Positions 23,174-36,053 of a DNA stretch of 64,000 nucleotides are shown in pieces. The translations under genes and the position numbers were made by a program. Origin of the DNA: Macrostomum lignano (Eukaryota); NCBI GenBank assembly GCA_002269645.1, contig NIVC01001062.1:62001-126000 (forward strand), given 5' to 3'. How positions within the stretch are numbered: position 1 is the first letter of the stretch; the number at the start of each line of letters is the position of its first letter. Under the pieces are notes generated by a model, which worked only from the letters and a program-made list of their open reading frames with translations, made no database searches and had not been told where the DNA came from.

Positions 23174-23767
23174 GTTACAAACACACTTAGGGTCTGCGCA
23201 AATTCCGGACTTACGGGGGATCTTACCATAGATCTTATGACACTTTCGAGAAACCCCCCTCTGGAGCCTTCACGATGGAGCCAGTAAGTACCATGGGAAA
23301 AATGGTACTCACTGTTGCGATAGCGTCAAGGCTCTCGGGCCCTAAAAAATAGTGCCCGGAAAAGCGTGCTTTATCTTCTACATATTCAATATTATAAAAA
23401 AAAACTTATCGTTGTCTGTGTTTTAAGTATGAAATTATTAAATGAAACATCACTTCTATAGTGAGCCATGCGGCATCTGCTCACGAGTCTTGGACCTTTG
23501 GCCCTTTATAAAATAGCTTATACTGAAAGTTCGTGTTTTGTATTCGAAATATATTCATGTACTGGATCAACAGCAGAAACAAAACAAACTTCCTATCTAG
23601 AACGGACACAATTCATCAGCTGAAAATTAAAAAAACATTTGTTAGTTCTTGGCTAAACAACTTAGGTAGTTCCGAGCGTCCCACTCTAGAATGCTCGCTA
23701 ACTCCACTTGACTTCACAACATTTGGTCATCGTGCTTAAGTCCTTGTCTAAAAAACTGTTCACGCAC

Positions 23768-24797
23768 TCAGTTGAACAGCCGGTTGATAACGTCGGCGGT
23801 CAGGTAGAAGTTGGACACGGCCAGCATCTTCACGGTGCCGTTTATTTTGGAGTTCGAGCCAGTCAGAGCACGCCAGCCGATCTTCATGCAGAAGTTGTCG
23901 ATTTTCGTAGAGCTGTAGTTGTAGAGAGACACTTGGTTGTCGAGAGATTGGTTGTCGCTGTAGTTGTAGAGAGATGGATCTTGGATGAAAGATCCATCGA
24001 CGAAAAGGCGGGTCCTGATCATCGAAATGTCGAACGTGGCGCCGACTTGGACGAACTGGTGGCTTCGGATTGGGAGCACCTGGTTAGTGGAAAACAAGTT
24101 CCGGTGTCCAGTTTGAATGTAGAGCTTGCGAGTCGACTCGAGTGGGTCCCATTCCCAGAAATGAAGCCAAGCGTGAGTGTAAGAGCTGCAGTCGGTGAGC
24201 TCTATGAAGGCGTTCTAATTCGGCTGCCTCTTCAGCTCCATAAGAAACGTAAAGCTGTTGTTGAAGTCGAATCCGCTGGTGTCGCTCACCCACATCCTGG
24301 ATGTCAGGCCGTCCATCTTGGCGCCCTCGTCAGTCCAAGTTACTCCGGTGTGCTCGATGACGTTCTTCTGTCCGCCGTCGCTGCACACGAGGTTCTCGAG
24401 CTGCTCGCTTTTGCCTCCGAGCCACACGGTGACAAAGTACCGATTGGTGGTGAGCACGTCAAGATCTGAGTCTACAACGAGCTCGCAGGAGTTGGCCTCG
24501 TCTGACGGACCGGTCAGCGGGTCTGCTCAGGTTGAGCAGGTGGCAAACTCGGCTGAAGAGAAGCAGCGAACAGGTGGCAGTTCACGAGTTCGATTGGGCC
24601 ACCGATATGCCTGGCAGAATTCGCAGGCTACCCAAAAGGACGCATTGCAGAGTGGAGACGGCCGGACTAGGGAGGGTCCACTCGGACAGGGACTTGTTGA
24701 GGCAGGTGCGCTGCATGACCGGGTAGCGATTTCCGGAGCTGGCGGCAGCGGTAGAGGTGCAGAGCAGAACGGACGCAACAAAGAGAAGTAGAGCCAT
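23768..24797 (-). pseudogene. Disrupted secreted PAN/apple + LamG/ConA-like protein
   Basis: Signal peptide MALLLFVASVLLCTSTAAA, a Cys-rich module, a frameshift at ~24635, in-frame stops at 24527-29 (TGA) and 24215-17 (TAG), then a beta-rich domain ending NGTVKMLAV. Same architecture as 45671-46714. Confidence 0.78.
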
Positions 24798-25224
24798 GAA
24801 TCTCTTGGTTTGAAAATTCACTTTTCGTTCGGAAACTATAGACTGTATTCGATAGACCTAGGATGCTGTTTCGCGAGGGTACCTATTGCACACAGCTTCT
24901 CAAGCTAATTAGTAGGTGGAGTGTTAAACTTTTTAGCCACAGAGAAATGGCAACTAAGAGATAGAGGGGGTTGTCTGCCATAAATGTATAAATGGCTTTG
25001 ATGCATCCCCACTAGCCTATTTGACTCATCGTCATGATGATACCGGAGTCCGCAGCTGCTGCGACAAGAGACCAAGCGGCCAAAAACCTGTGGAAGGGAT
25101 GAGCCTGCAACCAGGAGGGGGAAGGCGAGAGACGACAATGAAGAGATGGACTGCGGAGTTGGCTGGCTGTCATAAATTTAAAGGCTTTGCCGCATCCCCA
25201 TAAGCATTTAGTTGACTTTTATCG

Positions 25225-25579
25225 CCAGACGGCGTGACTCAGTGCCAAAATATGCATTTTTAGAACTGACGTCTGCACCTCCTGCCTTAGAGAAGACAAA
25301 GCTGGTCTCGGGACTCGGGATTCCCCCAAAACACGGGCCAACGAATGTATATAGTAAACATCTTTACATGACAAGCTCACATGACAAGGGAAAACAGCTG
25401 CCACCGTGCAGCTCTGACCTCAGAAATGGAGCGAACCAAGAGCAGATCACACAGCAGCGAGATGCAGCTGTGGCTGCAAACTATAAGAGCGCAGAGAAAA
25501 AAGGGAGAGACAGGCGAACAGCCGCAAACAGCGAGTGCAAGGGCAAGCGAAACTGCTGACAATACTGCGACGCCTAACA
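25225..25579 (-). mobile_element. Diverged LTR related to 21440-22204, opposite orientation
   Basis: Starts TGTTAGGCGTCGCA. It shares, in the same order, TGTCAGC, GTTTTCCCT, ATGTTTACT, CGTTGGCCC, CTTCTCTAAGG, an exact 18-mer GACGTCAGTTCTAAAAAT and ACTGAGTCAC. The 3' end is undefined. Confidence 0.65.
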
Positions 25580-27961
25580 CCAAACCTAGCGGCTCACTAC
25601 ACTTGACTCTTTTGATTTGAGTATTCAGTGGGCAGCGGCGGATGACTGGAAAAAATCATGACGTAGTGTTTTTTTCTTTTTTTAGAATGATCCCAACCTA
25701 TTTTAACAGTTTTGAATCTTCTAGGTCTGGGCCTAGGGGTCTTGGCGGGCCAACCTGAAGTAGCTAGGTTTGAGGGGATCTCATACGTACAGTTTATGTC
25801 TTGAATTTTTTGCCTTTGCCCCCCTTCCCTTTTCTCAAAAAAAGTTTTCTTCTTTGTTTGTTCAACCCTTTTTAATTGCAAAAACAAAAACATCCATTTA
25901 CATGTATTTAATTTATGTATTAAATTTCTTTTATATCATCATGCTAGTGCTCATTAATTTTTTATAAGGATTTTTCCGGTTTTCTAAAATATCAAGGACT
26001 AGTATCAACTTCGGTCAAAATACAATACACTTTATACCAACAATCCAAATTATATTTAACCCGATTTTCTTGCCACCTATTTTATTATCGCACCTCTACG
26101 AACTTCGTTTCCTTTTTTGTTTTTTTGTTTTTGTTTTGCTTTTATATACCGCAAATATTGAAACTCGTGCAAATTCAATTTTGATAGTTTCATAGAAAAT
26201 ATCGTTTAAATGTACATTGTGCAACAATATAGATTTATCAGTAAACAAAATATAGTACTGGCCAAACAGGCTGTTCAACCTAAGCCACTTTATTACTACT
26301 ACTACCGACTGAAATCGCTTAGGTCGGGAAAAACTGATGGTATATCTGTATGGAAGCAAAAAAATAAATCATGGTTATGACTTTCACGTTTTCACGATGT
26401 GTTAATATGCAAAAAAAATTATCATATCTATGATCATTTATTGATCCATGGGACATAGATGTATGGATGTCCCATGCCCATGGACACATCATAGGACATA
26501 TATATATGGATGTCCCATGGATATGAATGCCTATCTATGTTAAAATATTAAAAACACTGTTTCTTCATTGTAGGGAATTTAGATAAATATAAAATATGGA
26601 GATATGGACAAATGATCAATGCAAATGCTTAGGAAGCTTTCTATACTAGGTGAGGTAACCTATTACTATGCCATATAACTTTGTTTTGATGACTTGCCAA
26701 CATTTGAAACACTTGACTTGTACATGTCTTAATTGTACAATCTAAATATACTAAATCTCTAATATTTGTATGCTTGCTTGCTTGCTTGTCTTCTAAATAT
26801 ACTAAATCTCTATCTAAATATACTAAATCTATATACTAAAAATGAACCTCGTTAGTTGACCAACTTTTTGCAAATTCATACTGTTAACGATTTTTTGCAA
26901 TTTGTACTATACTTGAATAAAGTAGTTTTTGTTTTAAAATTTAATGTTAAAATAATTTAATATGGGAAACTAGAATGTTGCCAGTTTTGCATTTTTGCAT
27001 ATAATAACCTATTATGCTAGTTTTAGAACTTACCATTTTTTAATTTAAAAAAAGCCTGATATAAAAGCCTAGGCTAGGCTAATTTTTTATAAATAGAAAA
27101 TTTTCTTGTAATAAGCCTTTTCTATAAAAAGGTAATATCTAGTCTATTACAAGGGGTGTCCAAAATGTTTCTAGAATGTCTATTCTAGCTCCTTAGTACC
27201 TTTCCTAATTTTTTTGTTTTATGTATCAAACTAAAGATAATTCTGCAACAAAAAATATTTTTGATTCAATTAAAAATTGAACAGGATTTTTTAAATTTCC
27301 TTTTATCTAGTTTTAGTTAAGAGTTATACCAGGGAATGTGAGGGGAAGGTTAGTATTAGTGTTACATAATCTAAAATGTCTATGGTGTCCTTTTCCAATC
27401 ATCAATTTTTTGCAAAAATTAGGCCTAACTTTGAATTTATCAGAACAACACAGAAACATCTATAGGTAAAACCAATAAAATAAGATCTAGTGGTGTTAGT
27501 GCTTGATTATTCTATACCAAATGCTTACTTTTGGCTAAAGACATAAAAAAGAGTTCTCTCCATAGCCTTGAAAGTCTGTGGAATCAATTTTTTGCCTTTA
27601 AGTTTTCATCTTAAAACAAAAGGTCATTTTTGTTGCAATCTACAAAAAGTAAGCTTTTTTGATACTCGTAATTATATTTGCTAGATGAAATTTGAGTATG
27701 ATTGAAAGAAAAGTTTGTAAACCCTGTTGGAGTTTTACAAAATATCAATCAAATTTCTTTATAGAAATCCAAATTCATAGAATTATAAACTTGGTCATAT
27801 ATCAAGAAATATTAGTTGTTAATGTCCATCTTAGCATAAAAAAGCTGAAAGCTTAAGCAGGATTGGCTATTGTAGGAAGATAATAACCCAAAGGATGTTA
27901 GCAAATTCCATTTAGGCATGGTTTAAAAATAAAAAGACAAAGCTAATAGACTAGCCAAATC

Positions 27962-28139
27962 CAGGGACAGACCCAGGATTTTATCAAGGAGGGAGCAAGC
28001 CTCACGTCTGGCTAGGCCAGAGCTGCAATTAGGGTACCATGATACCAATACAGCATCATACCAATATATCTGAGGATTTTTTGGCAGAGCTGAAGGGGGG
28101 CCATGGCCTCCTTGGCCCCCCCCTCTTGGTCCGCCCCTG
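27962..28139. mobile_element. hAT-type MITE (178 bp)
   Basis: Imperfect 12-bp TIR CAGGGACAGACC / GGTCCGCCCCTG. Perfect 8-bp TSD GCCAAATC at 27954-61 and 28140-47. Confidence 0.88.
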
Positions 28140-28598
28140 GCCAAATCATTTAAACATTATCAGAAATCCTTTTTGGTTCAATCTAAGATAGCTATTAATT
28201 TCTAAAGACCTCAATACAGATTAGTTGGAATGGTTCTATATTAAAGGTTAGGAAATGATTTCTTCATAGTGGTGCAGTTGGCTGATTGACAGTTACATAT
28301 ATTGACTATAAGCAATTATTGCTACTAAGTGTAGTTGCAAAGTTAGTTTTTGGTATTTGAAAAAGGTTCATTAACTTTTATATTGCAGTTTATTTTGTTT
28401 CTGGCCAATTGTGTGACCTAAACTAGGAGTAGTATATAAATATATTTTAAAGTATTTTTATTTTTGAAAAGACCTAAATATACTCATAAAAGAAATATAT
28501 ATATAAAGCATGTATTTAAACTTTAATTCATGAGATCTGTAGAAATATTAATTTCACTTTTAACTACAAAGCAAACCTTTTAATTAATTGCTATCACC

Positions 28599-31500
28599 AT
28601 GGCAATGGCCCCTGGCCTTGGACAGCAGGGTCTTGTCAGCAGAGTTGAAATAAGTGTGGCCTGTCGCAAACTGGCTGACATGGACTTGACCTCCAAATCT
28701 GACCCAATGTGTGTCCTAATGATGTGCCCACCTGGCACCAGAAACTACAGGGAACAGGACCGAACAGAAATGCTCAAGGATACATTGAATCCAGATTTTC
28801 AGCACAAATTTGTTGTTGACTTTCACTTTGAGGAGCATCAGAAGGTTAGCATTGAGTTTTGCTTTTTGTTTTTGCAGCTCTCTATCCAATCATCTCATTG
28901 TAGAATCCCATTGTCTCATTGTAGAATCCCATTGTCTCATTGTAGAATCCCATTGTCTCATTGTAGAATCTCATTGTCTCATTGTAAAATCCCATTGTCT
29001 CATTGTAGAATCCCATGGTCTCATTGTAGAATCCCATTGTCTCAGAGTAGAATCCCATTGTCTCATTGTAGAATCCCAATGTCTCATTGTAGAATCTCAT
29101 TGTCTCATTGTAGAATCTCATTGTCTCATTGTAGAATCCCATTGTCTCAGGGTAGAATCCCATTGTCTCATTGTAGAATCCCATTGTCTCATTGTAGAAT
29201 CTCATTGTCTCATTGTAGAATCCCATTGTCTCATTGTATAATCCCATTGTCTCATTGTAGAATCCCATTGTCTCATTGTAGAATCTCATTGTCTCATTGT
29301 AGAATCCCATTGTCTCAGGGTAGAATCCCATTGTCTCATTGTAGAATCCCATTGTCTCATTGTAGAATCTCATTGTCTCATTGTAGAATCCCATTGTCTC
29401 ATTGTAGAATCCCATTGTCTCATTGTAGAATCCTATTGTCTCAGGGTAGAATCCCATTGTTTCATTGTAGAATCCCATTGTCTCAGGGTAGAATCCCATT
29501 GTCTTATTGTAGAATCCCATAGTGTAATTGTAGAATCCCATTGTTTCATTGTAGAATCCCATTGTCTCAGGGTAGAATCCCATTGTCTCAGGGTAGAATC
29601 CCATTGTCTTATTGTAGAATCCCATTGTGTAATTGTAGAATCCCATTGTTTCATTGTAGAATCCCATTGTCTCAGGGTAGAATCCCATTGTCTTATTGTA
29701 GAATCCCATAGTGTAATTGTAGAATCCCATTGTTTCATTGTAGAATCCCATTGTCTCATTGTAGAATCCCATTGTCTCATTGTAGAATCCCATTGTCTCA
29801 TTGTAGAATCCCATTGTCTCATTGTAGAATCCCATTGTCTCCTTGTAGAATCCCATTGTCTCATTGTATAATCCCATTGTCTCATTGTAGAATCCTATAG
29901 TCCTACCATGCACACCCCCTAGAATTCGCATCCATTCCCGCCTACCACATCGCAGGTAATGTTCTGTCTATACGACATCGATTCTCACAGCACTCAACTA
30001 AGCGATCACGACTTTCTTGGCCAATTTGAGTCCACAATTGGCGAACTGGTCAGTCGGAGGCGAGTGGAAGCTCCGCTGGCAAAGTCCCCGAGACGAGATT
30101 CGACAATAATTATTACTTGCATAGAACTGCAGCATTGCAAAGAAATATTGCAAATGCAATTGTGCGGCAGCCAGTTGGATAAGAAAGATTTTCTAGGAAA
30201 GTCTGATCCATATTTTGAAGTGTCGAAACCGTTAAGCCCAGTCGTTGATTCCAGTTCATCTGAATTACTCAGAGCGCAATGGACTTTAGTATACAGGTGA
30301 GTATTGATTATGATTAAACACGCTTTCTCCTAATGTGTCAAGCTATGGGGAATAGTCATAAGCGAATTCAGTTGCATTCAGTCACGCATGGGAAGTCTTT
30401 AAATGGGCCTGAAAATCATGCAAGAGTGGCGTGATTCAAGGCCAAATGCCAAATAAGGAAATGCCAAATAAGGTTGTTTTGGCATCCACGAGGCGCGTGA
30501 TTCAGTTGCGGGCTTTTTTCTGTGCTAAAAATAAAAGCAGGTGGTGAGTCATTCGCATGCGCGTAAAAGCAAAGCTTGTATCTTCAAAACAGGGAATAAC
30601 ATAGTTGCTTTTCTTAGAAATCACTTTAAGTGAATTCATATTCTGTTTTCAATGGCGCTTTGTCTTATTTTCAATCTTTTATTATCACTGAGGTCACTTC
30701 GATGCTATTTTTAGAAATTGGCGTCGTCGGGATTTCCAATTCGCTAATTTTATCTAACCTCGCTTCCAGAGAATTCCGTGCTATTTTTAGAAACTGACGT
30801 CACCAGAGATTTTCAAATTCGCTAATTTTATCTAACCTCGCTTCCAGAGAATTCCGTGCTAATTTTAGATACAATCTTTGCTGGGGAATGCCAATATGCT
30901 AATTTTGGCTACTTCGCTTCCAGGGAATTCCATACTATTTTAGAAACTTACGTCACCGATAATTCCCAATTTATGTTTAGCTAAAATAATGCAGTTTGTT
31001 AAAGTAGTGTGGAAAGTGTTTAGTAATTTTTTCAATTTAAATCCCTCGACAGATCGGCGGTGGTTCGGAAAAACCTGAACCCAACTTGGCAGCCCACCCA
31101 GCTCAAGCTATCCCAGATGTGCAACGGCAATAAAAGCATTATACTACGCTGGGACTGCATCGATTGGAACAAGCGAATGAAGCACTCGCATATTGGCACT
31201 TTCTATGCTTCCGTTGCGGACATTCTGCGTGAATATGAAAATTCCAACTCGAGAGTGAGTCTGTCAGATTTCTATTCGTGTTTATTGAAAGTCCTTTCAC
31301 TCAGAATCTAACCTATAATTTCCCACTGAAATCCACAGTCTTTCAGATGTTTTCAGTTCCAGCTTTAACTTCACATTTATCCTCAATCACGCCATTTATC
31401 CCCAATCTGAAATGCTCATTTATCCCCAATCTGAAATGCTCATTTATCCCCAATCTGAAATGCTCATTTATCCCCAATCTGAAATCCCCATATCATCCGA

Positions 31501-33876
31501 GATCTAAAGTCCCCAATTTCCCCCAATCTGAAATCCTCATTTATCCCCAATCTGAACTCTCCAGTTTATTCCCAATCTGCGATCCCCTATTTCATCCGAG
31601 ATCTAAAGTCCCAATTTCCCGCAATCTTAAATCCCCATTTTATCTCTAATCTGAAATTCCAATTTATCCCCATTTATCCCCAATGTGAAATCCCATTTTA
31701 TCCCCAATGTGAAATCCCCATTTATCCCCAATCTGAAATCCCATTTTATCCCCAATGTGAAATCCCCATTTATCCCTAATCTGTAATACCCATTTATCCC
31801 CAATCTGAAATCCTTGACCTTATTTATCTTTATATACTGACTCCTCATTTTAAAAAAACTCAAATCCCATTCATCTTTATCCCAATCCCTTATCTGATGA
31901 AGCAATTAATAGCGATAAACTCTAGCGTCCGCTATTTTCCAGGGCGCCACCTCAGGCGCTGGCGCCAGATTCCAGCTGCTCTCACGTCGCAAAAAGCCAG
32001 CCGGTTATTTAGTGTTCAACCGCTTGGAGCTCCTCATTGAGGACAGCTTTGTTGATTACATTCAAGGTGGCTGCGAGCTTCTGTTCACTGTTGGCATCGA
32101 TTTCACAGCCTCGAATGGTAATCCTGCAACGCCGCAGTCTCTGCACTACATCGATCCGAGCGGCCGGCTGAACCAATATGAGTTGGCAATCACTTCTGTT
32201 GGAGAAATTGTGCAAGACTACGACTTCAGGCGGGCGTTTCCGTCTTTCGGATTTGGTGCCAGGGTTCCGCCTAGAGGCGACGTGAACCACTGCTTTCCGC
32301 TCACGTTTAACGATTCGAACCCCTACTGTGCGGGGCTGGGTGGACTTCTGCAAGCCTACAGGTTGGGCGAATCTTTTTTAGCGGTTGCTGAGCTATTTCT
32401 ATCGAAATGTATCTAGATTGAGACCCTTTTTATAGTAGTATATGGGTTCTAAAAGTCTTTGAGAGACTTCCTACGAGATCCTTTAGCTAGTTGCTAAGGC
32501 GACAAGGCCCTTCTACCAAATCATTTAATTGGTTGCTAAGACCTTTCTACCAGATCCTTTCAGTAGTTGCTGAGGCCCTTCTACCAGATCTTTCAGCTGG
32601 TTGCTTAGGCCCGTCCACCAGATCCCTTCTGTAGTTGCTAAGGCCCTTTTACCATATCCTTCAGCTAGTTGCTAAGGCCCTTCCACCAGGTCCTTCAGCT
32701 GGTTGCTAAGGCCCTTCCACCATATCCTTCAGCTGGTTGCTAAGGCCTTTCTACCAGATCCTTCAGCTGGTTGCTAAGGCCCTTCTACCAGATCCTTCAG
32801 CTGGTTGCTAAGGCCCTTCTACCAGATCCTTCAGCTGGTTACTAAGGCCCTTCCACCAGATCCTTCAGCTGGTTGCTAAGGCCCTTCTACCAGATCCTTC
32901 AGCTGGTTGCTAAGGCCCTTCCACCAGATCCTTCAGCTGGTTGCTAAGGCCCTGCCACCAGGTCCTTCAGCTGGTTACTAAGGCCCTTCCACCAGATCCT
33001 TCAGCTGGTTGCTAAGGCCCTTCCACCAGATCCTTCAGCTGGTTGCTAAGGCCCTTCCACCAGATCCTTCAGCTGGTTGCTAAGGCCCTTCCACCAGATC
33101 CTTCAGCTGGTTGCTAAGGCCCTTCCACCAGATCCTTCAGCTGGTTGCTAAGGCCCTTCCACCAGATCCTTCAGCTGGTTGCTAAGGCCCTTCTACCAGC
33201 TGCTTTAACGCAGGTTGTTGCAAAAGCTATTTTCTTTCTTAAACTTAACATGCGATTTTGATAATAAATGTTTATCAACATAACCATAAATAAAATAATT
33301 GACAGGTCGTGCCTTCGCTCCGTCACCCTGTACGGCCCCACGAATTTCTCTCCGATAATCCGTCACGTGATGCAGTTGGCCCAGGCCAACCAGTCCGGCA
33401 AGCAATACTTTGTACTATTGATAATCACGGACGGTATAATCACGGATTTCTACGAGACTAAATTAAGCATTATCGAAGCCAGCCGACTGCCAATGTCAAT
33501 CATCATAGTTGGCGTCGGTCGTGAAGACTTCAGCGCGATGGAAGAGCTGGACGCTGATAATAAGCGCCTACAGATTGGCGGCATGATTGCCGAAGCTGAC
33601 ATTGTACAGTTTGTACCGCTTAGAGACTTTTTCCGGGCTGATAATCCTAACGAATTGTCGAAGTCGGCGTTGACTAAAGCTGTGCTGGAAGAGCTTCCGG
33701 ACCAGCTCTGCCAGTGGATGAGAAAGCGCGGCATCAAAGCTGGACCACCTGTGGAGCGGTCGCAGCCAGTGCTGCAGCAGCCACAGCAGCAGCTGGTTGG
33801 CCCGCCAGCATTCGACCCTATGCTAGCGGCGCCAATGCTGAATGCCAGCGCTCCGCCGCCTTACTATGGTCCGTAG
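28599..33876 (+). CDS. CPNE: Copine (C2A-C2B-vWA), 5 exons
   Basis: Exons 28599-28844, 29956-30296, 31053-31254, 31943-32361 and 33306-33876 have GT-AG junctions with matching phases and total 1779 nt (592 aa). Motifs [40 protein letters not shown] and DIVQFVP. The paralogue number cannot be assigned. Confidence 0.96.
28892..29900. repeat. 21-bp minisatellite in copine intron 1
   Basis: Unit CATTGTAGAATCCCATTGTCT. Confidence 0.97.
30700..30970. repeat. Degenerate ~75-bp tandem repeat in copine intron 2
   Basis: 3-4 copies of TGCTATTTTTAGAAA...ATTCGCTAATTTT..ATCTAACCTCGCTTCCAGAGAATTCCG. Confidence 0.7.
31390..31815. repeat. ~23-24-bp minisatellite in copine intron 3
   Basis: Unit TTTATCCCCAATCTGAAATGCTCA and variants. 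Confidence 0.88.
32480..33200. repeat. 34-bp minisatellite in copine intron 4
   Basis: Unit GATCCTTCAGCTGGTTGCTAAGGCCCTTCCACCA. Confidence 0.96.
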
Positions 33877-34084
33877 TTTATCAACACCAACTTTATTTTA
33901 TTGTATTTATACTCAGCAACAGTCAAAAGTTCCACCCTCCAAATTGCGAAAACTTCACACTCACAATTCAATCCTCAAGTTACGCAACTAAGCCGCCGCG
34001 AGGAAGGGAAAGTTGATTGAATATCAATACTCGTAGTAAACGTCAGTCGCACAAAATCATAAATTTTTTATGCAATATTCAGTT

Positions 34085-34400
34085 AGAATCGCGATGCGTG
34101 TGGGATCCCCTCGCACGCAGAAGTTGCTACGACTCTGCGGGGCATCTCAAGGATGAGGCAGCGCAGAAAGTCCCGAGGGAGCTGCTCCAAAGCGTTTTCA
34201 ATGGCATGACGCAGAGCTCTCCGCAACATTCTATGGTGGATTCTCTTTTCGAATGCTACGTTTTAGGATGTCCCAGGCATGCTCGATGGGATCCATGTCT
34301 GGGGACCGGGAAGGCCAGCGCAGAGTGCGCAGCTGTAGCTGTTCCTTCAGTTGACTACCAGCATCGGCATGGTGTGGCGGGGACCATTAGACCTGGACCA
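34085..34400 (-). mobile_element. Tc1-type transposase C-terminal fragment
   Basis: Minus strand reads RWPSRSPDMDPIEHAWDILKR, and after a frameshift EQLPRDFLRCLILEMPRRV. Confidence 0.88.
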
Positions 34401-35574
34401 TTAAGCAGACCCAAGCCACCCCCAAGCGGCAATAAGCTTTGCGCGTGCCGTAGGTTGCGTCACTCGCAATAAGTGAAAAAATCATCTCGCTTAGTGGGGT
34501 GGAACTTTTGACTGTTGCTGAATATACTTTGTCGCTTTGAAGATTAACTTTAAACTTTGAAGTTTTATTGGATGTGCTTCGACTAGCCCCCCCCCCCAAG
34601 AGAGTACGTCTGATGATTAGACAGTCAGGACCGCTGTGTGTATATCGCGACTTTCCTAGCCATTTCTTTAGTTCACCTTCACTTGTCTCTGTTTACTCTG
34701 TTTTCGCTCTCTCTGTACCGTTCAATCTTGTTACTCTTCTTATCTCTCTCTCCCTCGCCGCCTTCTGATTGGCTCTCCGTTCTCGCCTCTCTCTCCAGTC
34801 GCGCACTCCACCCCTCTCTTTATTACCAGCATTCAACCACCTAAGACCTAAGTTAAAGTGCTATAAATACATCGGTTTGGGCCCTGCGCCCACTTTCTTC
34901 TCCTCTGTCTCTGCAATTTAAACACAGTTTATTTGATACTATTATTTTCTTTTCAGTGTACACCCCGTGTGAGCGAGTGTATGAGTGCTATCAAAGTATT
35001 AACAATTCTTAATCAACTTAGCATTCTGTTAGCATTGGCGTTTCAATTATGAGCATTAATTATTTTACATTCATTAAATTTTTCTTGTGCTATCAAGCAT
35101 GCCACCTATGATTAATCTGAATGTGTCAATTAAATTAAATATGAAAACGTATTGTTTATTTGTTTGTTTCGATCTCATCTTCTATCGGTTTAAGAGTTTT
35201 ATAAAAAAATATTTTCCTTATGCTCGTACATTTACTTTCTGTTTGAGTGAATTTTTTAAACTTCTTTTCTTACCTTTTCTGCTGATTGTCAGGATGCTAT
35301 TTTTAAAAACTTGCTGATGTATATCCTAGCTAATCTGCACTATATATTTATACAGTAAATAGTATTTTTTTCTAACTTTATTTATACTTTTTTAGCCTAT
35401 TCTTAAACTATACCAATCAAATATATGCTGGGTAAAATGATCTGTGTTATAACTGAGTACCCGAATTTTCCTACATAATGTACTTTTAATATGCATTAAC
35501 TGTACATTAATTGTTTTATCTATCTGAACATGTTTAACAACTTTTAATTAGTCTAGCAATTTTAATTCTCCATT

Positions 35575-35965
35575 AAAAAGATCCCATCATCAACTATAAG
35601 ATTCCCATCTTCAACTAAAATATTCCCATTCTCAACTAAAAGATCCCAATCTCCACTAAAATATTCCCATCCTCAACTAAAAGATCCCCATCCTCAACTA
35701 AAAAATCCTAATCTCCACCAAAAGATTCCCATACTCAACTAAAAAATCCTAATATCCAATAAAATATCCCCATCCTCCACTAAAAGATCCCTATGCTCAA
35801 CTGAAAGATTCCCATCCTCAACTAAAAGATTCCTACCCTCAACTAAAAGATTCCCACACTCAACTAAAAGATTCCCATCCTCAACTAAAAGATCCCCATC
35901 CTCAACTAAAGGATTCCCATCATCCACCTAAAAATGCCTAATCCCTAATAAAAGTTCCCCATCCA
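35575..35965. repeat. 21-bp minisatellite
   Basis: Unit CTCAACTAAAAGATTCCCATC. Confidence 0.92.
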
Positions 35966-36053
35966 TAAAAGCAGGCTTTGCACAGTCCACAATGAATTAT
36001 TTACCCGCTATCTGTGTTAGCCACACCAGCAACAATAAACCCCGCAGACAACA

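Larger units (their letters stand above)
20326..23259 (+). mobile_element. PIF/Harbinger-like element carrying nested insertions
   Basis: 16-bp TIR GGGGGGTTTCTCGAAA / TTTCGAGAAACCCCCC. Flanks are CTG on the left and T-CTG on the right (CWG-type 3-bp TSD, one base off). Internal Myb/SANT-like ORF remnant. No DDE transposase was seen. Confidence 0.62.

Noticed and set aside
23768-24529. In-frame TGA codons as selenocysteine or readthrough in the PAN-LamG copy
   Set aside because: The same copy also has a TAG and a frameshift, and no SECIS-like element was recognised. Ordinary pseudogenisation explains it.
23708-24791. Plus-strand ORFs of 253 and 177 aa
   Set aside because: Antisense shadows of the codon-biased minus-strand pseudogene.
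34600-34990. CT-rich segment with ATTGG and TATAAATA as another LTR or promoter
   Set aside because: No defined termini, TSD or second copy. The motifs alone are insufficient.
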